DNA of 64,000 nt from positions 124,001-188,000 of the IMG/VR virus record IMGVR_UViG_3300030098_004828. One strand, given 5' to 3'. A model generated the notes under the pieces. That model was given only the letters and a program-made list of their open reading frames with translations. It searched no databases and was not told the origin of the DNA. The translations under genes and the position numbers were made by a program. Below, piece by piece: positions 58,801 through 64,000 of this stretch (positions are counted from its first letter, which is position 1; each line of letters starts with the position of its first letter).

Positions 58801-59529
58801 CAAACAGTTAATACTTTAAGAAGTATTGAATATGAAATGGAGGCTTATTTATATAGAAGACCTTTAGACTGTGAAGGAAATGCTATATGTGGATGGACTA
58901 CATGGGATGGTGGAACTCATCCAATATATACTCCTGGTCTTGACATGGATCAAGAATGTACAATGAGAGCTCATCAATTAGATTATAATTTTAATTGGGC
59001 TTATATTTATAATACAGAACAAGTTTCAGGTGATTTACATTTAACTTTGAAACCTAAAAATAATGCTCCAGAAATCAATAATTATCCACAGACAACTATT
59101 GATGAAGAATGTAATGAAAATAGTTTCTATGATATATTGTATGATAAGGTAGAACAAAAATATAGATTTAATCAATTCTGGGATATTACAGCTAATAGAG
59201 GTGAAAATATACAACCCGCAGGAAACTTTGATAGTGGTAGTGGTCCAGATCCTGTTCAACATATTATAAATTTACATTTAAATGGTTATACAAGAGTTTT
59301 AAATTCTTTAAATTTAGATTATGATAAACCACCACTTCAAAGAAAAAAATTCAGACATTATTGGAATAAAGTAACTTTAATGAGAAAACCAATTCCTGTA
59401 ACACCAACAAGTGATATGACGTATGGTGAAACTTATGTTTATGATAAAGATGGAAATCCAGTATTATTGGAAAGAACAAAAATGTTACTTAAATTAGATA
59501 ACGCAAAAATTAATGTATCCTTTAGATAA
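46876..59529 (+). CDS. Giant muzzle (tail stabilisation) protein with inserted metalloprotease, Cys repeats, CBM-like and vWA domains
   Basis: Muzzle-type motifs (FVKGMTKD, GNEP, YWDDGINP, FMRDEQYSF, FHSPD, FGGDCFI, FFVESE, WTVSY...WISFHDW, LWRHN) interrupted by HEIGHNVGTLH and DFSGS domains. Confidence 0.8.
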   Translation: MARKKQQQRPDVPRPELQNTSNVDTDVFVKGMTKDMDVALTNKENWTHAVNAINNSHQGDAGTIGNEPANLGCAAIPYTIIGMIHLYGDKWAIFSTDDVNSQIGIFDDSHCKYDIVVNDPCLNFNKRYLITGASKESFECQWWVYWDDGINPSRALNTADVPYIQTSYTEDDGCVIYEDQIPLRLDCEKIRLNPILDVPCIKLSKAKDGGQLQNGSYEAYIAYVVDDNKVTDYYKSNIQTLWDHQDNAGSLDIDIENLDKQFESYQLVIYTNAGMNSYAVVVGTYSTEQSHINIDMIDMSASTPGLVDQLPLYTPIFEKSEKMYAVNDYLLRQGPTTNFDFNYQCQANNITAKWVSVEYPADYYVKGGNKPTFMRDEQYSFFIRFVYNTGNKSSSYHIPGRAAVGIPANDMGVPPDMNQTLSGEAGFPNWKINNTAFQTMSIDAGGGENIGTYTDDGGLIVAKGWMGYWESTERYPNDPVRWCDLCNTPIRHHKFPEEGTSIWTQRNNPNNQFIYVLGVDFDNIEWPRYIDKDGFDVPIPNIVGYEILVGSRQGNKSIIAKGLARNMRRYDIQNAQGERGIADAEGGDDNLEGLMPNYPFNDLDRDPYLSQQEVIRQSDYVPYGPNYTMHNIFTFHSPDTSFDRPFLSPSEIKSYGVTGGYSLGRFKRSEDHPKHKLIRDIAAIIAAIIGAGYAIMEMRGEKVQKVKGSKALSIGQDPGPYNQSDALKDESTIDTTAGTGTGGVSIAGVYASGGTGTGGTANVDMDVSNDSGLEGTNPAATDDDGITNQDLQNISPTLPPDPSGVDTDTGIETVNGGGAAPGMAGNISITDPGPVGFIPPSIVTQTLTADGATADYQLTYGPSTSQAQLNAYENMQAFNTAQENDAPGTPAGQEGQQGSGGTSSGNLNIISGININDIANGFQPTQESEFSMSTTPIGDATNLILTGGLPNSVSGAEEDFLHDIKSKGDNAAMQTTGYTGSSRDVEMKGSKYKSLPGFLQIMFKTYSFLNFMVEGGEGIIEMIYEFMNPQDYAYKYNSYGMYSGNFIPQMGDRHRIECKRARYLSSAFQNLGPEYKINNLHRPKTVVLQGVENLVSPSSPQYWRDNSKYVLGELPSWVLQNPTQPVTTKISAHYVGLKYRIDNQYGQIQSIRQLPVKCAGIFRNAAFPSSADVNNAEPNETICTTCDEETGLIFDENTRFRSEVIFGGDCFINRYSEKVIMPFFWDFLKGEPDGYTFDYRLHQNVPFVRFWYNSQKYELSGFVRPITDLSFSWLSDPSDPGLPSALHNLDRIGSGNYNAIDEGWLSGTPNNEDDWWMTANSESQSGMFGDGFGGLGGGTGWGSGTDANTTGTTYTDGGPPDTSGDSVSQSTSNWASSGGQATKSNGIFTLKNAYCYLHSSGINEFFVESELNMAQRDWDDKPAGRHYDWQEFTDVNALFHADIIKDGNFYKFDRSLMWRNLGSQLLSYGFVQPLSYDPVVAEECMTHYPKRIMYSLRAQDEAKKDFWRVFLPFNKEDFKEPVTTIKPINKTGAVILFPHRSPQIWQGVDTLQTEGNTKVTIGDGGLFAGPRQNITNSDLPNEYGSCENMLSAINTPAGLFYISQQQGKIFNYTGGLENIADRGMKQWFNNFLPSRLLMEFPEMEGSIDADNPIMGIGTQSVYDAKLDLVYFMKKDYALCDHSGCIQWTEDDGFVYNNTLCNDADQIASCPDGYTLYEAGDVHPGTGEVLTEDTCCNIVRDDYQEFEEATMDCNTTVYVVPEIFNFERLPNDEVLTKHEKNTVLFNVSDDVFENIREKKPMKVKLNIPFIDGRRINLTLKNFEPHRKNTRVLTKSKDGTVERNYVPNIRAYRIRNKEILKNGKEVKATGSIIFSRKAFTGFITIGNQQYEIRRRGQNKYALIHSYDVKESPLFACDTNTSHSIPDSVKLEDLPRTARQLAKSGNSSPDHCINLAVTVDYYTYDFLGQNYQDTSDWAMMLVAAVNEIYMNDLNISITSDFIYIYTDESVDPFADCCGSNQNDMLPVLRDQWDGDEPDFDGVIRSIATLFTARGCGGVAYTGGLCYRNNWGYSVNGFCGNNMPSGTLPIQGQTTEGYDIEDGFVNLTNSLTVKITAHEIGHNVGTLHTHDCVWEPDPVYGFGGFTGDTGQIDIGGNLVYSMFIDNCEDDCDETATADCGSEPIDSSCWPSPWPMPYQENLTNTAFEYTTLMGYNENLAFQGCITYDQLNGILGFHPIVMEQAINPWVDDVQANSGTSWNLFGNQEGETNCLSCADVNGENGGGDDDPIYECDDLQEFLDATINSELGWLVEQGGSGGYTPTQYCNYCDNPVADNINAIEGSLDLCNCCTGGELIVEGCTNPNATNYNPNANVDDGSCEIVGCTDQFATNYNPNANMTCMGETGFIENGCCLYDYSCNNYYLWVDATINSQLGYDWTPSDYCTFCLNQEFYADDPIMTLENATEFCSCCNGEDVEIFGCMDSEANNFNPFATTPCNGTQGEYGPTISIINGTFSGGITIPEGIENVNGDSVPAGYYSPTFYLPPDGWHACKNANFNPIMGQLGEDWPNITTYANSGGGTGGGGVNVETGECWNFVLPASDFFGDDSLPDSGPHGNITPDNYTDWFFDNLGDPGICGGYSSIIANDIINSGISTHAYGDGFMGMAWSPSFREDMPYYVFETGQEYDATWAYEWHREGVGQELSSPMIANVEYTMSVVVANSSGGYILDGYEWEAAGVRIWGGNCACPNDDNGGELLWESEPQSGSSDVPMEWVTRTGTFTPTQNFTHITIEPGNGGETWNGPSTPGNEWNGQTTNGESGIYGAGNDVYIFLDYVSDITPTAILGEDNDCCEYGSEEEEEGGGEETLSCEQIQEDPQGYIDTLINDPIGLNWPPIEFCMFCNGSIQNEEVASIGEVWSACSCLCTEEPRPLPDCDDMWTFINDNINSLGVNYNWTVDNYCTFCLNPSLFGVVQDVEGVLDYCDCPQCENTPYDPSNETIDCECFCPDGYDLVFNDPPTYTLADPEIDCVADVIPLLEMPTVEICDTTLAENATFVTNPGLNVDGGTFGEIGQNKTPSPWIVCMRGSNQEAPGYYPDGFCYDGMVEDGVQYDMTFTTDTWTGQGNALSVDNLDYVMDPFNQYAIDPYEGDAYVGMLHSFSCDGLCSEGCDVGLWQEGMAQALEDADGNPTFLFANQQYVGKFYATQLVGWNTRHRGYIDEEEFLEDGITPNPTFGNFILNNPWTYPLEENYQEQGDFAGSVGSAAGGDAVDAEGNPVSHRITPQIEIWGGTDQCGVQGENGLYLGGEFNYEGNYNSELLWSSGPIMSADNWTEYNYEFTPTNDWAWIHIRVQLLIDGVPAKTDEDTTNGVPARDKATYVVIDGFVAPTEDVKCCTCPEGYQRVLNDGIYQTPISEQECIKEHDADGAYLTYSDEFDVICVKWEPTMNDLVCLQQWSDITGDCVDPQYEDDVDLIELTDEQYFKDVSWTVSYDPKIKGWISFHDWHPELSMPSLNHFLTTNTFEVDDIYCPPGWELNDGICCQNIVGSFEGTEIIEEEDVTIDQNPDEPREEFCPIDIYIALDFSGSNFSVPGFQGSGGSVFNDYFIREFVDTLDMQMDGSISGNMTNATNQIQVGVGAWTSMLPMNLEPLCPWGDSDSAGIINQNVTGLTNNALEIYNTANSMINSQQAMYGIAATTGPGDTYQAAMSVAYNEFNNTVGSSPLGDRSGQNGYQKHLIIVTDVTSISPCNNNCTCCGTGNPYPDQSMDYYLQLAQAEGFTVHVVWSGAPGGQSLQQIIDRTECLLTYSNGQLYQIGVNNINDTDAVAANTQAVAQNIARDLDCTLPPDPIECLCPDDTWTMVYSADGGDTFTLEENPDPTADCEPGRTAVCRKINCYCDDSQVESDLTDIDITTTGECSDIYEVGEEDYVNPNPLFCSYDSEYCTTGSNIRGGLWRHNYRCNLFSNYYDVQYGWEIEMVESVGQTVNTLRSIEYEMEAYLYRRPLDCEGNAICGWTTWDGGTHPIYTPGLDMDQECTMRAHQLDYNFNWAYIYNTEQVSGDLHLTLKPKNNAPEINNYPQTTIDEECNENSFYDILYDKVEQKYRFNQFWDITANRGENIQPAGNFDSGSGPDPVQHIINLHLNGYTRVLNSLNLDYDKPPLQRKKFRHYWNKVTLMRKPIPVTPTSDMTYGETYVYDKDGNPVLLERTKMLLKLDNAKINVSFR

Positions 59530-61901
59530 TGAAAAATAAGAAAAAAGAATATGGCGGTTCGGGTGGAAGAACTACAGCTCTAAGAAACTTCATGTATGAT
59601 AAGAAGAGAAATAAACCATTTGGTGAAGATATTGATGATTTATATGAAGCTAGATTTGGTAGCTGGTTAAAAGATAAATGGGATGCTAATAAAGATACAA
59701 TTCAAAAATATGCAGACTATGCTTCTTATGTCCCTGTTATTGGAAAAGCTGCAGGTTTTGTTAGTGCAGGTATAGATACATATGATGCCTATCAAGCGTA
59801 TCAAGCAGGTGATATGGATACCTATAGAAAGGAAAGAAATAAAGCTCTTACAACTGCTATGTTTAGTGGTACACCTGGACAATATGTTAAAGGTGCAATT
59901 AAAACTGGTATAAAAAAAGCTACTCCACAATTAGCAACAAAGACTACTGCTCATGTAACTAAAACAGGAATTAAAGATGGGAGTAAAGAATTACAAGATA
60001 CAACACAAGAAAATCCTATTATTGATAGTTCAATACCAACAGGAGCAAATGTTAAAGATCCAAGAGAAATGGCTAGTATAGGTATAGAAACAAGAGAAAT
60101 TTTACATAATCAAATAACTAATCAACTTTTAAATCAAGTAGAAAATGAATGGACTACTGATCTTCAAAAAGATAGAAATAATGTTACAGGTAAAAGTTCT
60201 ACAGATTATACTGTAGATTTTATAGAAAATACACCAGAATATTCTTCATTAAATAATATAGAATTACCCTTTGGAAGTGTATCTGTAAACTCTCCCTTTA
60301 CTCATAAATCATATATAACTGAAGGTGGAAAATCAAATAAAGATGTTAATGATAAATATATAGAAAATATTAGTATTAATAATGATATATCTAAAGTAAA
60401 AAGTTTTAAAGAAGAATCAGATTTAACAATGGATACTTTATATAGAGAAGATGATTGGAGTGATTATAATGTTGCACAACATAATGATGTTATAAGAATA
60501 CAAAAAGAATTAGTAAATAATGGATATGATATTGGAGATTCTGATAATGAAATTGTAAATAGAACTATAGAACCTAGATATAAAAATAAAGGTGTAGATG
60601 CAAAGTTTGGAAATAAAACTAAAAAAGCATGGTTTGAATATCAATTTAATAAATTAAATATTCAAAATAAAAATTTAATGACAGCATCTTATTATGATAA
60701 ATTAGAAAATTCTGATGATGTAAATTGGAAATTTAATATATATAATTCTAAAAATAAAAAGTTTAATTATGAAAATGCCAGATCTAAAGAGTATAATCAA
60801 GATGATAAATTAGCTTATATAGAAAGTATTGATGGTATAATGTCTCCTGATGAATATAAAAATACTGAAGAAATTTTAAACTTCTTAGATAATAGTATAC
60901 CTGAATTAACTAAAGATATGTTGGTAGAGATAGATCATAATTGGGTAAGCAATACAGTTTTAGCAATGATTAAAGATAAAGTACCAGTAAATTTAGATAA
61001 AATTGATCCAGGTGTTTTAGAGTATTTTGATATAGATGAAATTAATATTAATACAGATCCTAAAAAATTAGCAGTATTAACTGCTTATAATCTTATAAAT
61101 AATTATTCTAAAATAAAATCACATTTAGAAACTTCTCAATCTTTATCAGAAAATATTGAAGAATATCAAATAAGAGATCTTGCTAGTTTTAAAATGGGTA
61201 ATAGATATATAGACCAAAGACCTGATGAATATACAGATAAAGAAATATTAGAAAATCAATTAATGACTGCAGAAAATTTAAGAAGGTTATTAGAGAATGA
61301 AACTGTTGCTGATAGAAATAAAATATTATCTACTGATAACGCTCAAGAAATTATAGCTAATGCAAAAAATGCTTTAAGTATTAGTACAGGAAATATTGAT
61401 AATATAGCTAATACTTCAAATATTAGAAATAAAATAAAAACTAAAGGTGGAGAAATAAAAGAACCAAAGTATACAGGAAAGTATGCAAAGTATGGATATC
61501 AACTTGATAAAGAATGGGCAGCAAAAAAAGAATATGAAAATGGTGGAGATATTGATTCAAAATTAGAAAAAACTTTATTAAGTAAAAAATGGATTAAACC
61601 TAGAGAACATAAGCATAAAAAATTTAATATGGCTTCGTTACCAACGCATATAATATTAAATTCTCTTGATTTAAAGTATATGAAAAGAGGAGGTGATTAT
61701 CCTGATATGGGAGTAAAAATTAAAATATATAATGATTATTTAAATGGTGTTTTTGATAAAATGGATAATAAAGAACATAAAAAGAAAGCGCATAAAATAG
61801 TTAATAAATTAAATAGATTTTATATGTATGATGCAAGAGATAATAATCAACATGTATTTGATTATATGAAATCACAGTTAAGTAAGCCTAAGAATAAATA
61901 G
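59529..61901 (+). CDS. Probable ejected (cargo) protein with peptidoglycan-binding-like domain
   Basis: DVIRIQKELVNNGYDIG...GVDAKFGNKTKKAWFEYQ (PG_binding_1-like); position after the muzzle. Confidence 0.6.
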   Translation: MKNKKKEYGGSGGRTTALRNFMYDKKRNKPFGEDIDDLYEARFGSWLKDKWDANKDTIQKYADYASYVPVIGKAAGFVSAGIDTYDAYQAYQAGDMDTYRKERNKALTTAMFSGTPGQYVKGAIKTGIKKATPQLATKTTAHVTKTGIKDGSKELQDTTQENPIIDSSIPTGANVKDPREMASIGIETREILHNQITNQLLNQVENEWTTDLQKDRNNVTGKSSTDYTVDFIENTPEYSSLNNIELPFGSVSVNSPFTHKSYITEGGKSNKDVNDKYIENISINNDISKVKSFKEESDLTMDTLYREDDWSDYNVAQHNDVIRIQKELVNNGYDIGDSDNEIVNRTIEPRYKNKGVDAKFGNKTKKAWFEYQFNKLNIQNKNLMTASYYDKLENSDDVNWKFNIYNSKNKKFNYENARSKEYNQDDKLAYIESIDGIMSPDEYKNTEEILNFLDNSIPELTKDMLVEIDHNWVSNTVLAMIKDKVPVNLDKIDPGVLEYFDIDEININTDPKKLAVLTAYNLINNYSKIKSHLETSQSLSENIEEYQIRDLASFKMGNRYIDQRPDEYTDKEILENQLMTAENLRRLLENETVADRNKILSTDNAQEIIANAKNALSISTGNIDNIANTSNIRNKIKTKGGEIKEPKYTGKYAKYGYQLDKEWAAKKEYENGGDIDSKLEKTLLSKKWIKPREHKHKKFNMASLPTHIILNSLDLKYMKRGGDYPDMGVKIKIYNDYLNGVFDKMDNKEHKKKAHKIVNKLNRFYMYDARDNNQHVFDYMKSQLSKPKNK

Positions 61902-61960
61902 CTATGTTAGATTATGTGGTTAGAATTTAGTATATTATAATATATAGTAGACTTTTTAAT

Positions 61961-64000
61961 ATGATGCAAAACCCAGAAAATATGATAAATCCCATGACTG
62001 CGGATATACAATCATGTCCTGTTGCTACACAGGATCCTGGTATACGAGCATCTAATACTGATCAAGCTGTTCAACTTGCTAATTATGGAGCAGCAAATAT
62101 GGAAGCAAAATGTGGTAAGTGTATATATTTTGATATATCAAAAAGAATGAAAAACTGTATAGATGAAGAAGATCCTGCAATAGGTTATTGTCATAGATGG
62201 CAATTTCAATGTCAAAAACAAAATACATGTGATGCTTGGGATGAGGGAGGTCCTATAAAATCTGAAAAACAATCATTACAAATGCAATCTGAATATCAAG
62301 AAGATGCTATAAGACAAGGACCACATGTTCCCAAAGAAGAAATAATGAGTTCTATTACTCCTGTTCAAGAAGAACAATTACCTGCTGAAGATATGAGTGC
62401 TGAAGAATATGTTACTGCTGCTAGACGAGGTGGTCAAGTTAGTAGCATTCTTAAAAAAAAAAGATTAGGTGGTATTAAAAAAGCACAAACAGGTTCGGGA
62501 TTACCTACTTATAAAGAATCTTGGGATGCAAATACAGATAATGTACAGAGTAAATATGATTCATATGAAGATTATGTAGCAGCTGCAGAACAATGGTGGG
62601 CAGATCAAGGAAGTAGTGATGATTCAGAAAATACAGAGAATACAGAAAACAATGAAGATACACCTTCAGATGAAAAAGGACCTTTAAAATGTGTTAAGTG
62701 TGTAGATGGTGCTATTGAACCAGTATTACCTCAAAAAGATAAAGAATTTTCTATATGTCCACAAGGATCATTTGATGCAAGTGTTGTACCAGATCCTTGT
62801 AATATGGAAAAGGATAAAAAAGATGATAAAAAAACAGAACCAGAAGATGTTGATATAAAAGCAACACAAAAAGGTAGACCTGGATCACCAAGTCCAGATC
62901 CTTATCATTTACCTTTTATGGATGATACTAATCTTGGTTTAGCTTTAGGAGCAGTTCATGGAACTCTTTATGATTTTGGTCTTATAGGGAATGAAAAAAA
63001 AGTAAAGGAAGAAGAAACAAAAAAAGAAGCAGATAAATTAGAAAATAAAGCAGAAGATGACGGAAGAGTTTCTTGTCAAAAATGTGAAGGAGGTTATCCA
63101 ATAAGCAATCTATTTAAAGACAAATGTCCAGAAGGTTGGGTTGAATCAAGTGATTCAAATCCTTGTGAAGAAGGTACAGATCCTGAAACAGATAAAAAAG
63201 AATCTACTGAAGATAGCACAGAAGAATCAAGCTTTGATAAAGCCTTTGCTGATGCAAGAGCTCAAGGATTAGATGAGTTTACTTGGAATGGTAAAAGATA
63301 TCATACTAAAACAAGAGAAGAAGTAGATGCTGAAAATGACCAAAAAACATTAGATATATTAGAAGGTGGAATACAACCACCTCAATCTCAATCTGAAATA
63401 GATATCCAAAATGAAAGAAATAAAATTTTATCAGGAGATGATCAATGGTGGAATCTAGATCCAAATCTTCAAAATCAATATAATGAAATAGATAGTAGAT
63501 CAACTACGGGAGCAAGATTAGGTCATGAATATAGTGCTTTACATGATTTTATAAAAAAAGCAACTCAAGGAACTGAAACAACAGATATAGAAAAATGGTA
63601 TCAAGGATATCTTCATAATATAGGTCAAGAAGAGCCTATGTCTTTTGAACAATGGAAACAAGATAAATTACCTTTTATGGATACATCACAGGTAGCTACT
63701 CCTAATGTAACTCCTCAAGATAATTCACAAGTTAACTTAACTGTTCCTCAAACAAATACTGCTGCTGACTTTAGTGTTATGGGAGAAGATGCTGATGGAG
63801 ATGGAATTCCTAATTCAATAGATTCAGATTTTGCAGGAACGACTCCAACTGTTGGACCAGAGAATCAACCGCCTCCAGCTCCAACAGAAATATTATCATG
63901 TCAATTTTGTGATAATGGATCTCCAAGAAGTGTACCACCTGTTGATGGTAAATGTCCAGAAGGAACAAGCCCAGAAGATGGTACAGATCCTTGTGCTAAG
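61961..64000 (+). CDS. Partial large cargo-like protein (runs off window end)
   Basis: Open frame from ATG 61961 (MMQNPENM...) to the window end; absent from the ORF track because it has no stop; contains SFDKAFADARAQGLDEFTWNGKRYHT and Cys modules. Confidence 0.85.
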   Translation, partial: MMQNPENMINPMTADIQSCPVATQDPGIRASNTDQAVQLANYGAANMEAKCGKCIYFDISKRMKNCIDEEDPAIGYCHRWQFQCQKQNTCDAWDEGGPIKSEKQSLQMQSEYQEDAIRQGPHVPKEEIMSSITPVQEEQLPAEDMSAEEYVTAARRGGQVSSILKKKRLGGIKKAQTGSGLPTYKESWDANTDNVQSKYDSYEDYVAAAEQWWADQGSSDDSENTENTENNEDTPSDEKGPLKCVKCVDGAIEPVLPQKDKEFSICPQGSFDASVVPDPCNMEKDKKDDKKTEPEDVDIKATQKGRPGSPSPDPYHLPFMDDTNLGLALGAVHGTLYDFGLIGNEKKVKEEETKKEADKLENKAEDDGRVSCQKCEGGYPISNLFKDKCPEGWVESSDSNPCEEGTDPETDKKESTEDSTEESSFDKAFADARAQGLDEFTWNGKRYHTKTREEVDAENDQKTLDILEGGIQPPQSQSEIDIQNERNKILSGDDQWWNLDPNLQNQYNEIDSRSTTGARLGHEYSALHDFIKKATQGTETTDIEKWYQGYLHNIGQEEPMSFEQWKQDKLPFMDTSQVATPNVTPQDNSQVNLTVPQTNTAADFSVMGEDADGDGIPNSIDSDFAGTTPTVGPENQPPPAPTEILSCQFCDNGSPRSVPPVDGKCPEGTSPEDGTDPCAK

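Noticed and set aside
360-63503. Many 60-105-aa ORFs antisense or out of frame within long genes (e.g. 360..545, 2488..2709, 23407..23724, 27041..27349, 63306..63503)
   Set aside because: Shadow ORFs of AT-rich coding sequence, overlapping better-supported genes
16097-64000. Stop-codon reassignment (TAG or TGA), reported in some crAss-like phages
   Set aside because: Structural genes, including a 4217-aa ORF, are uninterrupted in the standard code, and TAA, TAG and TGA all end genes cleanly
1-64000. tRNA genes, CRISPR arrays, diversity-generating retroelement, integrase
   Set aside because: No cloverleaf, regularly spaced repeats, reverse transcriptase or recombinase motifs found by eye; a tRNAscan/CRISPR search would confirm

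Overview
Very AT-rich, densely coding phage DNA with the gene order of a crAss-like (Crassvirales-type) podovirus of Bacteroidota, probably aquatic Flavobacteriia. All assignments are by motif recognition and gene order; no database was searched. The standard genetic code reads through cleanly. Positions 1-15.75 kb are almost all on the minus strand. They hold a replication module (RusA-like resolvase, primase, SSB-like protein, AAA ATPase, DnaB helicase, DnaA-domain-IV protein, NinB-like protein, SF2 helicase, HNH), then a putative early region of tiny ORFs and long structured non-coding stretches. A GC/G-rich island at about 15.77-15.93 kb marks the strand switch. Positions 16.1-64 kb are on the plus strand: nuclease and lysis genes, GroES, terminase, portal, major capsid, ring/adaptor proteins, Cys-rich virion proteins, a 4217-aa muzzle-like protein and two probable cargo proteins (the last truncated). 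Top leads: (1) a repeated upstream element (ACAAGGT + purine spacer + DNA-type GNA-loop/sheared-GA hairpins) on the template strand of the early ORFs, a candidate single-stranded-DNA promoter for a virion RNA polymerase; (2) a ~400-nt structured minus-strand ncRNA with neighbouring structured elements; (3) a muzzle protein carrying an inserted metzincin zymogen, carbohydrate-binding-like domains and a vWA domain; (4) a G-quadruplex-capable island at the divergence point.
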